Assembly: GCF_006345805.1 (NCBI RefSeq)
Contig: NW_021833988.1
Span: 1 to 59,131 of the forward strand
DNA length: 59,131 bases
Origin: Octopus sinensis
Lineage: Eukaryota
Direction: 5' to 3'
A program made the translations under genes and the position numbers. Of the stretch, positions 1 to 12,868 are shown piece by piece; positions within the stretch are counted from its first letter, which is position 1, and each line of letters starts with the position of its first letter. The notes below the pieces were generated by a model that was not told the origin of the DNA, made no database searches, and saw nothing but the letters and a program-made list of their open reading frames with translations.

Positions 1-14
1 TTTAGTTTCCAACT

Positions 15-224
15 ATGGTAGCAGACACCTGCCCAATGTGCCAGAGACTGGGACCAAACCAGAAACCAGATGGTTTGGAAGCAGACCTCTTTACTACACA
101 GCCATTTCCTCTGCCTTTGGTGACAACCGGAATGTCGTTGACCAATTATTGGTCTTCTCGACCAGAGAACGACCAAAAGGGACACAACAATACTTCAGCA
201 TATCATACCCAACACTATCGATAG
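15..224 (+). pseudogene. Possible degenerate Ty3/Gypsy integrase fragment (Zn-finger CxxC region)
   Basis: ORF peptide CPMCQRLGPNQKPDGL...QPF loosely fits the gypsy integrase pattern CxxCQxxKxxxxxPxGLLxPLxxPxxPF. No catalytic DDE residues are recognisable and the fragment runs off the window edge. Confidence 0.25.
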
Positions 225-259
225 AACAATCCCACAATTCCATAGTTTTACATCTGATA

Positions 260-780
260 GCAACTCTCTTCCTCTTCCCACGCTTTTCTCCTACCCTCTT
301 TATCCTGTCCTCCCACCATCCTTTCTCCCTCTTTCCCCTTTCCTCCCACCCTCGTTTTCCCCTCCTCCCCCCCTCCTTTCCCCCCTCCCCCCCTCCTTTT
401 CCCCTCCTTCTACCCTCTTCCCCCTCCTCCCACCCTCATTTCACCCTATTCCCCCTCCTCCCACACTCATTCTCCTCTTCCCCCTCCTCCCCCTCCTTTC
501 TCCCTCTTCCTCATCCTCCCACCCTCCTTTATCCCTCTTCCCCCTCCTCCCACACTCCTTTCTCCCTGTCCTTCCCCTTCTCCCACTCCCCTTTCTCCCT
601 GTCCTTTCCCCTTTTCCCACCCTCCTTTACCCCTCTTTCCACTCCTCCCCTCCTCTTTTCTACCCTCATTCCCCCTCTCCCCCCTACCTCCTTCTCCCTC
701 TCCCTCTCCCTTCCTCCACCTTTCTTTTCACCTTATCCTCCTCCCACTCTCACTGCCCTCTTTACTCGCCATCGCTATTA
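260..780. repeat. Polypyrimidine/polypurine low-complexity tract (C/T on plus)
   Basis: About 500 bp almost entirely C and T, with recurring ttcccctcctccc units. Source of the spurious 250-aa ORF 38..790. Confidence 0.95.
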
Positions 781-1311
781 CCAATCCTAGATAAGACGCC
801 ATTTTGTTACTTACCAGCTCTGCCCTTTTACCAGAACAAAACCCTACCCTACCCGCTCCTGGTGACCCCCTTCTCCCCCTATCCCCTCCCCTCATTTTTA
901 ACATACTTCTGGTTTTGTGTTCTTTTGTCATATTTTGTTATTAAAGCCGGGGATTTTTATAAAAAGCAGTTTTCATTTACTGGTCAGACGATGCCTTCTC
1001 TGTTAGCTTCTGAAATTCAACGAATTCTCCTTCCATTCACCGGCATTAACCGCCCACCCATTCTCCCTTTCTTGCTATGGGTCTCGTACACACACTAGGT
1101 GTATACATACATGCATATATATATATATATATATAAGGAAAATGCCACTTGTATTTGAACACTATACAAATATTCTTTTTAAAAACTTTCCTTTTAATTT
1201 TTCTAAATTTAATTCTTTAATTGTTACAGTTGAAAAAGTCTCGATGACTGAAACCGGTACTGAAATGTTTTTTTATAAAACTATTTTAGCATTTTCTGTC
1301 TTGACTTTTTT

Positions 1312-1314
<3 letters not shown>

Positions 1315-1347
<33 letters not shown>

Positions 1348-1356
1348 GTGTGGATA

Positions 1357-1397
<41 letters not shown>

Positions 1398-1685
1398 GTG
1401 TGGATATGTGTGTGTATATATACGTGTGGATATGTGTGTGTGTATATATACGTGTGGATATGTGTGTGTGTATGTATATATATATATATATATGTGTGTG
1501 TGGATATGTGTGTGTATATATATATGTGTGTGGATATGTGTGTGTGTGTATATATATGTGTGTGGATATGTGTGTGTGTATATATATATACATACGTGTG
1601 GATATGTGTTCGCGTATGTATATATATCGACGTACACGCATGCGTATACATACGTGTGTATAATATATATATATATATATAAACA
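1315..1685. repeat. Composite (TA)n/(TG)n minisatellite
   Basis: Unit (ta)n-cgtgtggatatgtgtgtg repeated about 9 times with variable TA/TG lengths. Confidence 0.95.
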
Positions 1686-2115
1686 CGTGTAGTGTGTTAT
1701 ACTGATGCAGGTGTATATAATTACACAGGTATTAATGAGTCTTTGAGCAACAACAGTGTAAGTTTGCACGGCTTCTCATACCCCCTTGGTCTGTCCCTCT
1801 TTTAAGCTATCTCCTCTTTCCTCTCCCTCGCCCCTCTTAGACTGCGCATGACTATATATACACACATACATATACATATATATATATATATACATATCTA
1901 TATATAATGTATGTATATGCGTGCATGTTTACCTAACACCGAAACTACGCCAGGCGTACAAACATCATTATTTTTGTTGTTCTTTTAACTTAAGAGTTAT
2001 ACATTTTTCCTCTTGTCATTGTCATTTGCGATTCTGGTGTCAGTGGGGTGGGGGGACCATTTTGCTTTTTCTTCAAGTTCTTATACACGCATACATAATA
2101 CACACATATGCACAC

Positions 2116-2154
<39 letters not shown>

Positions 2155-2290
2155 AAATATTTCTGTTTCTATAGTTACGTTACTATAGTTATATGGTCAA
2201 AAATAATAAAAACAAAAAAAAAGAAAATAATTGAATGTTCTGTAGAGAAAAACAAGGTTAATGACGGACAGCAGAATGGACTTTGTACCT

Positions 2291-2340
<50 letters not shown>

Positions 2341-2341
<1 letters not shown>

Positions 2342-2551
2342 TGGTGAGTTGGTAGAATCGTTAGCACGCCGGACGAAATGCTTAGCGGCATTTCGTCCGT
2401 CTTTCCAGACTGAGTTAAAAATTCCGCCGACTTTAATTTTTATCCTTTCAGGGTTGATTAAATAAGTACCAGTTGAGTACTGGGGAACGATGTAATTGAC
2501 CTACCCCACCTCCTCTTTGAAACTGCTGGCCTTGTGCCAAAATTGGAAACG
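2341..2551 (+). mobile_element. tRNA-derived SINE, family A
   Basis: A-box-like tggtagaatcgttagc, degenerate B box (gagttaaaattcc), body ctttcagggttgattaaataagtaccagttgagtactggg, tail ggccttgtgccaaaattggaaac. Preceded by (AGT)n. Many homologues elsewhere in the window. Confidence 0.9.
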
Positions 2552-2602
2552 ACTATTATTATCAGCAGCAGTAGTAGTTGTAAGACGGCGAGAGAGCAGT
2601 CG

Positions 2603-2910
2603 TTAGCACGCCGGACAAAATGCTTAGCGGTATTTCGTCCGTCACTACGTTCCGGGTTCAAATTCTGCCGATGTCGACTTTGCCTTTCATCCTTTCGGGG
2701 TCGATAAGTACCAGTTACGCACTGGGATCGATGTAATCGACTTAATCCCTTTTTCTGTCCTTGTTTGTCCCCTCTATGTTTAGCCCCTTGTGGGCAATAA
2801 AGAAATGAGAATAAGAACCAGGCTTTAAAAGATAAGTGCCGGGGTCGATTTCTTCGACTGAACCTTTCATGTCGGTGCCCCAGCATGGCTGCAATCCAAA
2901 GACTGAAACG
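2603..2910 (+). mobile_element. SINE family A copy fused to a family-B 3' tail
   Basis: A-family head and body to about 2806 (B box gggttcaaattc), then aataagaaccagg...ggggtcgatttcttcgact...ccccagcatggctgc...gactgaaac, the B-family tail. Confidence 0.85.
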
Positions 2911-3054
2911 AGTATCACTCACACACACACACGTACGTTGTCTTACAATGTTTCAAAGAATTTTAAACATGGCAAGGTTTGAAACGAGCGTATTTATTAT
3001 AAATAAGGTAAAAAATACACAGGCTGCCATTGTAGAAGTATTCTATCTACATGT

Positions 3055-3160
3055 GAAAGGCGTGTGGCCTAGTAGTTAGGGAGTTACGTGGGTTCGATTC
3101 CCGGAGCGGACGGCGTGTTGTGGTGTTGGGCGAAACCCTTCATTTCACGTTGCTATACTG
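3055..3160 (+). mobile_element. tRNA-derived SINE, family C (5' part)
   Basis: gaaggcgtgtggcctagtagttagg (A box), gggttcgattccc (B box), then ttgggcgaaacccttcatttcacgttgct, matching copies at 9130-9452 and 55767-55995. Confidence 0.8.
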
Positions 3161-4228
3161 TTGTGTGGGGACGGATATGTCAAAGAATTAGATCTAACGT
3201 TTCGTTTGCGAGTCGTTAAAGGGGATTGAGGGGTTAAGGTAGGACCCATGGGTTGGGAGTCGTCGCTTGAGGGATGCTAAAGTGTCATCAGCCAAGAGTA
3301 GGGAATCGCCAATAAATGCGGGATGCGGCGATGCACTGTTACTGCGCATGCTCCCAGACTAATACTATATAAATGTATTGATATCTTAGGAGAATGGTGA
3401 GGTCTTGGATTCTTGCAAAATCAGGAAATCAGAAGTCGTAGGACCTTTTAGCCTAGTTTAGTTTTAAAATACATCTTGCGACTGCTCTGGGATGCACCGT
3501 CAGCGATGTTTCTGGGGGTCTCATGTGGTTTCGGGTCTTTCAACGTCAGACCCACTTGTCCAGTTGACCCAAGTAGGGGTCGATCAAGTCTCAGCTTGCA
3601 TCACAAGAGCAGCTAAGCCCCTGGTCTACCCTCATTATCCAAAACTACGGATCGGTCCCACTAGCCTTCTCTGCAGCTTTAGTGATCGATCTCATATCGC
3701 CTCTTTACTGCACAAAGAACTACAAGCCCAGACAGAGCTTTCAAAAAAATTCAAAATTTTTCAACTCCCTAAATTTTACATATAATGCGATATGGGACTC
3801 AGCATGTTTACTAACTGTGGAAGTAGGCCAAAAATGGACCCGAATGAGATTTGGTCTGATTTTATTTTCACGGATTTCTTTTCTATTTTTTATGTCCCAA
3901 AACCCCTCTTTTGTTTGTTTACTGTCTGTAATGTAAGACTCTGTATGCTTGTATGTGTGTGTTTAGATCTGTGTGTGTATGCGTCTACCTATACTTTCTT
4001 TAGACGTTAGGGGAAAATCCACACCTTAGAAATATTTGGGAGTTGGGGGAGTTAGGTACCTCTCTTTGTCCCTCAAACTACCAAGTTTTTTTTATTTGTC
4101 TTTTTCCTCCTCTTCGTCTTCGTCTCTTCTTCCTTTCCAATCTATTTATCTCACTCCCTTACACACTTATACAAACCTGTACATCATTGACATATTTCTC
4201 CTCTCTCTCTCTCTCAACTACCGTCTCT

Positions 4229-4273
<45 letters not shown>

Positions 4274-4525
4274 ATCACTTTATCTTCCTGTTTCATTCAG
4301 TTTGTCCCAAACTTCTTTCATTCAACAAACCAACACACACATACAACGCCACAAATGCACGCACGCACGCAAACAACCCCACAAATATGCGCGCGAACAC
4401 ACACACACACATTCCACTCCTGTCATTTCTTTCCCCACCCTGCTTCTCTCAACATTCCACCTCACCCTTCTCTCCTTTGCCCCACCTCATTCTTACTCTT
4501 TGTGTATTTATCTGTACGAGTGCGC

Positions 4526-4597
<72 letters not shown>

Positions 4598-4765
4598 CTG
4601 TATCTGTCTGTGTGTCTGGTACTATTGAAGGTCATCTGACCCATTTATCGATATACCTCCTTTCTCTATTGAGGGCTGTCGGTCAATTTCTAGGCTGGAG
4701 TTTACACACACACTCATACCTGACTCTATTCACTTTATGCAGTCTTATCTCTCTCTCTTTCTCTT

Positions 4766-4826
<61 letters not shown>

Positions 4827-4842
4827 ATATGATTTTATGTAG

Positions 4843-4946
4843 AAAATACAAACTGGGACAAGAACATAAAACATTTAGAAGACGATACAAAAAAACACGG
4901 ACGGGACATTCGAAGCCTTCAATCTTCAGTCAAGAACCGGATCATC
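4843..4946. mobile_element. Short interspersed fragment between (TA)n tracts, probably Penelope-like terminal repeat; homologous to 51110-51290
   Basis: Shares tcttcagtcaagaaccggatcatc.t..caatttcggctgat with 51113-51155 and is flanked by TA microsatellites. The PLE assignment is inferred from context only. Confidence 0.55.
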
Positions 4947-4964
4947 GTAGCAATTTCGGCTGAT

Positions 4965-5018
<54 letters not shown>

Positions 5019-5939
5019 CAAATCGTGTCCAAATATGACCACTTATATAGACAAAACAAATCTTCCTAGCGTGCAGTCGGAATCAGGACGTAGCGGTGCG
5101 GTGTGTATGGGTGGGGGAGGCTACTGCAACTGCACTCATCCATGTTACACTTTACTCACGAGCAAAGTGACAACTATACTACGCTTGTGCACTCACGAAC
5201 GAGCAAAGTGACAACGGGTTCCCTTACTTGTACTCACCCGGCAGCATTCACCCGGGACGAATTGAGCTGACTCCTACTAACGGGTCCGCCATGACCTTCA
5301 TGAATGCCGATGACACCCGACGGTTGGCCCTAACGCTCCAGCAGGCAAAGTAATGCTTCTGCCTTCGACCCAAAAATCCAGCTTGCGAATTTGACAAATG
5401 TCCCACTAGGAGAGCAAACGCGTCGGATAGGACGGACGTCGTAGCCATAGTTATCATTCGTTGTCGAGGTGTAGAGGTCATATCCGGAGTTTCAGCGGGA
5501 ATACAAATTCACATGTGGCCCGCGGAATTAGCGGTGTTTAATCGTAAGAAAAGGTGACAAGCTAGCAGAATGGGGTAAGTTCATCGAACAAAATGCTTAG
5601 CAGGATTTCTTCAGGCACTTTACTTTCAGGTTAGAAATCCCGCCACGGCCATCTTCAACTTTCATTCTTTCGCGGGATTTATATATTAAAGTACAACCAG
5701 TCAAGTACTTGAATGGGGAGAGGAGGGTGTCGATGTAATCCAAGTGTCCACTCTCCTAAAAATTTCCTGTCTTGAATCCTGAAACGAACCGCTCAGAGGA
5801 TTTTGCTGTGCTCTTGGTCACATATAGACCAGCAAAACAGAATCACCGGTTTTATAAGTCTGAAGGGTCAACAAAAAATAGATTAAATAAATCGTTAGAG
5901 ACACACAATGAAGATGCATGGCTCAGTGGTTAGAGCAAT

Positions 5940-6039
5940 GAAAGAGGTCTATGTTTGTGGTGGAAAGTTAGTGGGGGGCACTAGAAATGTATCCTGGGTG
6001 CCAGGAGGGCGCCAGCTCCAAAAAGTTTGGGAACCACTG
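5940..6039 (+). mobile_element. hAT-like DNA transposon end
   Basis: Ends in aaaagtttgggaaccactg, a typical hAT terminal motif. Follows an isolated SINE-C head (gcatggctcagtggttagagc). Confidence 0.45.
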
Positions 6040-6974
6040 GCATAGAGCAACATTGTCCATTGCGCTTTTTCCTCTTGTAAGCGGTAAAGATTTAGTTTGA
6101 GAGAATCTGGCTATTATTTCTAGCAAATAGAACCACGTAACTTAGCAGTTCGTCAAAATGAACCGATAGAATAAGTAGCAAGCTTTAAAAAAAAGTCCCT
6201 TGGGGTAATTTGTTCGAGTAAAACCCTTCAAGGCTGTGCCCCAGTATGGCCGCAGTCCAATAACTAAAACAGGTAACTAACAGCGAAGTATTGTAATGAA
6301 CTCCGAACTACATCATTCAATATGGCGTTTTTCTGTTTGTTTTTTTAAAATACGGTAACACTATCTGAGGAAGAATTTAGTTGCTATTACTAGCAGGCCG
6401 AACGACCACATAATGGCCTCCACGTTGTGTTTGATGTCTTAAAAATTTAACGAGGAATGCTAAACATCATGGGTATTTGGAATTCAAAGCCGGTGACAGG
6501 TGAGAAAATTTAAGGCAGAGATCGTTCGTCAAATTCTAAGCAAGCCTCCGCTAGTTTACTCGTCACATTTGACAGTCAACATTTAACCACTCATGGCGTT
6601 TAGTTTTCTTTTTCTTTCTTCTAAAATTATTTCCTTCTCTCATTTCTTCGTCTTTTTCTCCCCTTTTCTTCATTCCTTTTTCTCTTTTCTTCGTCTTTTC
6701 GTCTGTTCTTAATCGCTCTTCTTATTCTTGAGTTTTTTTTCGTTCTCATTCCTATTCGTTTTTTAACATTTCCTCTTCTTCCTTCCTTCCTCTATTCTCC
6801 TCATTCTTGTATGTTGTGTATTTCTACCCCTCCCCTCTCACGAAATGCCAGCCTATCAAAATGATCGGAATTACCTGTACAGGTGTGAAACTATAAACAA
6901 GATGAAGGACGCGACAATAAGATTCTCGATTTCATTTCTTAAACGTCATCAACTTACGATTCTCTCTGACAATT

Positions 6975-7377
6975 ACTCTTTTACTCTTTTACTCTTTTAC
7001 TTGTTTCAGTCATTTGACTGTGGCCATGCTGGAGCACCGCCTTTAGTCGAGCAAATCGATCCCAGGACTTATTCATTGTAAGCCTAGTACTTATTCTATC
7101 GGTCTCTTTTGCCGAACTGCTAAGTTACGGGGACGTAAACACACCAGGATCGGTTGTCAAGCTATATTGGGGGGGGACAAACACACACACAAATGTATAC
7201 ACATACATATACATACATATATATATATACGACGGGCTTCATTCAGTTTCCATCTACCAAATCCACTCACAAGGCTTTGGTCGGCCCGAGGCTATAGTAG
7301 AAGATGCCCAAGGTGCCACGCAGTGGGACTGAACTCGGAACCATGTGGTTCGTAAGCAAGCTACTTACCACACAGCC
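6975..7377 (-). mobile_element. tRNA-derived SINE, family B (CORE-like), near full length
   Basis: Minus strand: ggctgtgtggtaagtagc (A box), gagttcagtccc (B box), gcaccttgggca (CORE-like), internal (TA)/(TG) tract, tail gcggtgctccagcatggccacagtcaaatgactgaaacaagtaaaagagta. Confidence 0.92.
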
Positions 7378-7399
7378 TTCTAATATTTGATCGTGGATA

Positions 7400-8465
7400 A
7401 GGCTGCGAGCTGGCAGAATCGTTAGCACGCCGGGGAAAATGTTTAGCGGCATTTCTTTGCGTTCTGAGTTCGAATTTCGCCGAGGTCCATTTTGCTTTTC
7501 AACCTTTCGAGGGAGATAAAATAAATACCAGGTAAGCACCGGGGTTGATGTAATCAACTTACCCCTTATCCCGAAAGTATTGGCCTTGAGCCAAAATTCG
7601 AAACCGAAATTGAATTGTGGATAAGGTGGTGAGGTGCTAAAATTGTTAGCACTCCCGAGGAAATGCTTAGCGGAATTTCGTCTATCTTCACGTTCTGAGT
7701 TGAAATTCTGCCGAGGTCGACTTTACCTTTCATCTTTTTCGGCTCGATAAATTAAGTACCAGTTGAGTATTGGAGTCGATGTAACTGACTAATTCCCCTC
7801 CCCAAAATTTCAGGCCTTGTGTCTATAATAGAAAGGATTATTATTAATATTAAGGCGGATCGCTGGACGAAATGCTTAGCGGTATTTCACCCGTCGCTAC
7901 GTTCTGAGTTCAAATTCCACCGAGGTCGACTTTTCCTTTTATCCTTTCGTGGTCGATAAATTAAGTACCAGTTACGCACTGGGGTCGATATAATCGACTC
8001 AATTCGTTTGTCTGTCCTTGTTTGTCCTCTCTGTGTTTAGCCCCTTGTGGGTAGTAAAGAAATAGGTATTTCGCCCGTCGCTACGTTCTGAGTTCAAATT
8101 CCACCGAGGTCGACTTTTCCTTTTATCTTTTCGGGGTCGATAAATTAAGTACCAGTGAATCACTAGGGTCGATGTAATCGACTAGTCCCCTCCCCACAAA
8201 TTTCACGCCTTATGCTTTAATAAAAAGGATTATTATTTTTATTATTAGTAGTAGTAGTAAGGTGGTGAGCTGACAGAATGGTTAGCACGCCGGATGAAAT
8301 ACTTAGCGGCATTTTGTAAGTCTTTACGTTCTAAGTTCAGAAACCACCGAGGTAGACTTTTTGCTTTTTATTCTTTCAGTGTTGATGAAACAAACACTTG
8401 GGGGGATGTAATCGACTTACTGGCTCTCCCAAAATTGCTGCCCTCGTGTCACATTTCGAAACCAA
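7400..8465 (+). mobile_element. Tandem cluster of about 5 SINE-A copies
   Basis: Heads at about 7400, 7621, 7852 and 8258, plus a partial internal duplication at 8063-8225. Each has gagttcaaattc and gtcgactt..cctttcatc motifs. Confidence 0.9.
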
Positions 8466-8749
8466 TATTTAATCGGGTTTATTAGTTTTATTTGATTAAA
8501 AAGGTTTGCTCGGCATTTACTTCCTGGTATTTATCCGGAAGCGGGAGTGGAGATTCTGATGACGTCATGAATGATGATGGGTCAGCGGTCATATTCAGAC
8601 TGCTGTGATTTATGGCCTGAACATACGCAGGTAGGAACCAAACAGGTAATGAGAAAACACGGACGTCTGACCTAAATATTTGCATTGGAGGAAATTCGAC
8701 AAAAGGACAGACAAGACCTGACCAGCTCATAACGGTTAAATTGGGTAGT

Positions 8750-9082
8750 ATTCTGTTACTTGTTCCAGTCATTTTACTGCGGCCATGCTGCAGCAATACC
8801 TTAAGGGGTTTTAGTATAACAAATCGACCCCAGGACATATTCTTTTGCTGAACAGCTAAATTACGGAGACGTAAACTCACCAACACCGGTTGTCAAGCAA
8901 TGATGGGACACACACACACACATATGTGGCGGGCTTCTTCCAGTTTTCGTCTACCAAATCCACTCACAAGTCTTTGGTCGGCCTGAGGCTATAGTAGAAG
9001 ATACTTACCCAAGGTGTCACGCAGTGGAACTGAACCAGGAACAATGTGGTTGGGAAGCAAGCGTCTTACCACACAGCCACGC
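8750..9082 (-). mobile_element. SINE family B
   Basis: Colinear with 6975-7377 (cggccatgctg...ctaccaaatccactcacaag...accacacagccacgcc on plus). Confidence 0.9.
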
Positions 9083-9129
9083 CGTTAGACTTCTTTAGAG
9101 TATTGTATGTGTACGTAAGGGTAAAGACC

Positions 9130-9452
9130 ACATTCGGTCATGATTGACAGCGGGATTGCTTCTAGAAAGTTCCCCTTCGAGGCACAAGTCCGGGCAAGTT
9201 GTTTATGGAAGACCAGCAGTCGCCCATGCAGACCAGCCTCCCCTCTCCTCACCACTGATGTTATCCAAGGGAAAGGCAAAGGGGCCGATACGGCTTGGCA
9301 TCACAACTCATTTCTACAACTAAGTGAACTGGAGCAACATGAAATAAACTGTCTTGCTCAAGAACACAATACACAGCCCAGTCCTGGAATCGAACTGACA
9401 ATCTCACGACTGCAAGTCCGGCGCTCTAACCACTGAGCCATGCGCCTTCACA
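9130..9452 (-). mobile_element. SINE family C, near full length
   Basis: Minus strand begins gaaggcgcatggctcagtggttagagcgccggacttgcagtcgtgagattgtcagttcgattccagg (tRNA-like with A and B boxes), then ttcttgagcaagacagtttatttcatgttgctccag. Confidence 0.88.
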
Positions 9453-9905
9453 CCATGTGTACGTAGATAGTTTCGTAAGAACTTCCACTCCTTTAATCCA
9501 GTTTTGAAAAATTGGGATAGCAAACATATTGAATGTAAAGGTTGGTTAAATGTAGTTTAATGGCCACGAGTTCAAACCCTAGATCAGTCAAACAATGTAA
9601 TATAATCCGAATCTGCTGATATCACATGTAGGAGACACTTGTACGTTTAAGAGCAGATTAAGGGCAATCCACCACCAAAGATTAATAAAGGATTAGATTC
9701 GATATTCTGGGAATATTACCGAATGCGACAGGTACCCCCTAAAAAGACTGACAACAGGTCTACTAATGGGAAACCGGTTTTTCTGTTGTTTTTTTTTTCT
9801 TTATTATTGAAATTTACACAATAAAATATTTCAATAGAATCACATGTTGCACTGTTAGAAGTCTGGCACAATTTTTACTGTTCCACTATGGATGCATGAC
9901 TCCGT

Positions 9906-9945
<40 letters not shown>

Positions 9946-10228
9946 TTTCTTTTGTTTATGTAAATGTTTTTGTCTTTATAATTGTCTTAAATTCTCCAAT
10001 AAAGAATGAGTCGATCTCTCACCATAAACAAGGTTTATTCACCGTGAATTCGACAATATCCATAACAGGGTAATCACATGCTAGATTTTTCAGAAGACTT
10101 TAGTTTTACTGTTCTACACACACACACGTATTATAAACAAATTAACTTTTATATAATGGTACGTATAGCGGGTGATAAAATATTTGTCCTCGGGTCCGCC
10201 TGCGCTTCTTTATGTTCTAACAAATATT

Positions 10229-10295
<67 letters not shown>

Positions 10296-11389
10296 CATAA
10301 ACGTAAATATTTGATGAGTACATGGATGTATGTATGCGCTTTGTTTTCTATTTTATTTGTTTTAGAGGGAGAGAGAATATTACAATTTAGTATTATAAAA
10401 TTGTCTTCAATCTACGAAACGTTCTGCAGCTAACTGCATAAAATATTTGTAATATTTACACTAGGAATAGCTCAATCATACCCAAACACTACTGATGTAA
10501 GCCAGAGAGTATTCTGCTATCTATATACTAAACATCTCCATACAAACGTAAGGAATGCATGTATGTGCATATATCAGAAGGAATTTGTGTATCTGTATGT
10601 ATGCGTTTATTCACACTTTCTTATCGTATTTATTTGAATACAATGCGATCTAAAATGCAATAAAACTAACATTTTTTTTTACCAAGAAATCATAAAGAGA
10701 AATCGAAATAGAATATGGGAACGATTAGCGATAAAGGACAAATGGATTCCTCTCGTCGGCTATGGAAACAAGATTCATCATAGTTTTGACACGTTTAAAT
10801 AAACTTTAAATTCTCTTATATATTCAAATGTGGCTTTCGTACCTTTCCCAAAGTGCATTCTGTAATATCTTACTCATTGAGAGCGTGAATGGTAAAACTG
10901 GTTACGAAAGTGAAACGAGAAATCAGTTCGTTCTTTGACGCCGTTACTGCACTATGTTTACGACTATGATACGAAACTAACTGTATCTAGACACAAGATG
11001 GCAGTTCATAGACCACACTCCGTAAGTAGTGACAATTCACTTAAACTGGCCATTGACATGACGCTCAGCCTCCAAGTCGTTTCGTTGTATTAGACAAAAC
11101 ATTGAAGTAAGGGGTTGAGGGGCGACCACACCCGTGTATGCATTCCTCTAAAGAAAAAACTATCTAAAGACGAGATGTTCTATGGGTCCTCGACAACCTT
11201 GAAACAACAACCAAAATCTTAGATGTTCAGCGGTTTCTCAACGACCCAAATAATGTTCGTGAGTAGAGTGGTGTGGGATGAGGCAGCCTGACGACTGATT
11301 CAACCCTTAGGGCGCTTGTGTCTGTGTCGATGACACGTGATGCTTGAAACTTTAAAACGGAAGTTTCACTTCTATAAACAACTTTACGT

Positions 11390-12235
11390 TAGCTTCACTG
11401 TCTCTCTTTCTTCATCACTTTCTTTCCATCTCTTTTACCTTCTCAGCCTCTCTGTTTTATCCTTTCTTCATATCCCTCTCTCGCTATCTTTCTTTCTCTT
11501 ATCCTCTCATATTTCTCTCTCTCTCATCCTCTCGTCACTTTTCTCTCTTCCTCTCTCTCTCATCCTCTCGTCACTTTCCTCTCTCTCTTCCTCTCTCTCA
11601 TCCTCTCGTCACTTTTCTCTATTATCTTTTCTCTCTCTCTCCTAAATATTCTCTCCTTGTTTTAGTCTGCCTGTTTCCTTCTCTCCCTCTCTAGTTCTCA
11701 CCCTTTGAGTTCTAGTCTGTTTTCCCCTCACCCAGTCTCTCTCTCTCTCTCTACTTTTCTCTCTCTACCTTTCTCTCTCTCTCTCTCTACCTCTCTCTCT
11801 CTCTCTCTACCTCTCTCTCTCTCTCTCTACCTCTCTCTCTCTACCTCTCTCTCTACCTCTCTCTTTCTACCTCTCTCTCTCTACCTCTCTCTCTACTTTT
11901 CTCTCTACCTCTCTCTCTACTTTTCTGTCTCTACTTTTCTGTCTCTACTTTTCTCTCTCTACCTTTCTCGCTCTCTCTCTACCTCTCTCTCTCTCTACCT
12001 CTCTCTCTCTACCTCTCTCTCTCTCTACCTCTCTCTCTACTTTTCTCTCTACCTCTCTCTCTCTCTCTACTCCTTCTCTCTCTCTCTCTCTCTCTCTCCT
12101 AATCCTCTCCTTGTTTCTTTTAGCCTGTCTGCTTCCTTCTCTCTCTCTCGATAGATCTCTCACCCTTTGGGTTCCAATCTGTCTCTCTCCTACCCGATCT
12201 CTCTCCCTCTCTCTCCCTCTCTCTCTCCCTCCTTC
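11390..12235. repeat. (CT)n-derived low-complexity tract with ctctctctac and catcctctcgtcacttt sub-repeats
   Basis: Direct reading; no coding signal. Confidence 0.95.
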
Positions 12236-12497
12236 CAAACAGACTTACTAAATTAACTTGCCATACCAATACATTCAGTTCCCTGTTCTGACATTTCTAG
12301 CCTCGCGGCCATCTTTACTGTTACTCCTACTTCAGCACTCCAGCTTCTCCAGCAACATCTTACTACTACTACTACTACTACTACTACTACGCTGCAGGAT
12401 ATATAAATTTGTATAATTTGAATTGTTTGCTTAGCCGAGGAAAACTTCCAGGTATTAGCAGCTCAAGGACGTGTGTGTGTGTGTATGTGTTTGTGTG

Positions 12498-12528
<31 letters not shown>

Positions 12529-12545
12529 TTGTGTGTGTGTGTTTC

Positions 12546-12615
<70 letters not shown>

Positions 12616-12868
12616 CTATATGTATATATATACTTATGTAATTAGTATACGCGCGCGACACACACACACACACACAACATTGCACTATGTATGTATGTGT
12701 GCGTATACGTATTTATGTGTGCATATGCGAGTGTGTATACATGTGTATGCGTATGTGCATATATACGTATGTACATACGTGTGTATGTGTGCATGTATGT
12801 ATATATATATTTGTGTGTGTTGTAATTCGGTTAGTTTTTCCTCCCTCACCGCCCCGCCCCACACTCAC

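Noticed and set aside
4890-4935. Minus-strand CTGAAGA-ttgaaggcttc-GAAT
   Set aside because: GAAU instead of GAAA, two extra bases before stem II, and no stem I pairing.
5290-5352. Plus-frame TFMNADDTRRLALTLQQA resembling an RT YADD motif; minus QAGF motif
   Set aside because: The two hints are on opposite strands and no other RT motifs flank either.
5405-5440. Minus-strand hairpin plus CTAG as a Helitron 3' end
   Set aside because: Only a 4-bp stem and no matching 5' TC terminus identified.
6875-6890. 16-nt minus-strand microexon (tatAG/TTTCACACCTGTACAG/GTAATT)
   Set aside because: Frame-shifting length, and such motifs arise by chance in 59 kb; no independent support.
8556-8585. CTGATGA with a 6-bp hairpin
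   Set aside because: No GAAA after the hairpin; better explained as a CRE palindrome.
9690-9775. Possible decayed RLE-LINE C-terminus (ILGILPN...LLMG)
   Set aside because: Too short and frameshifted to distinguish from chance.
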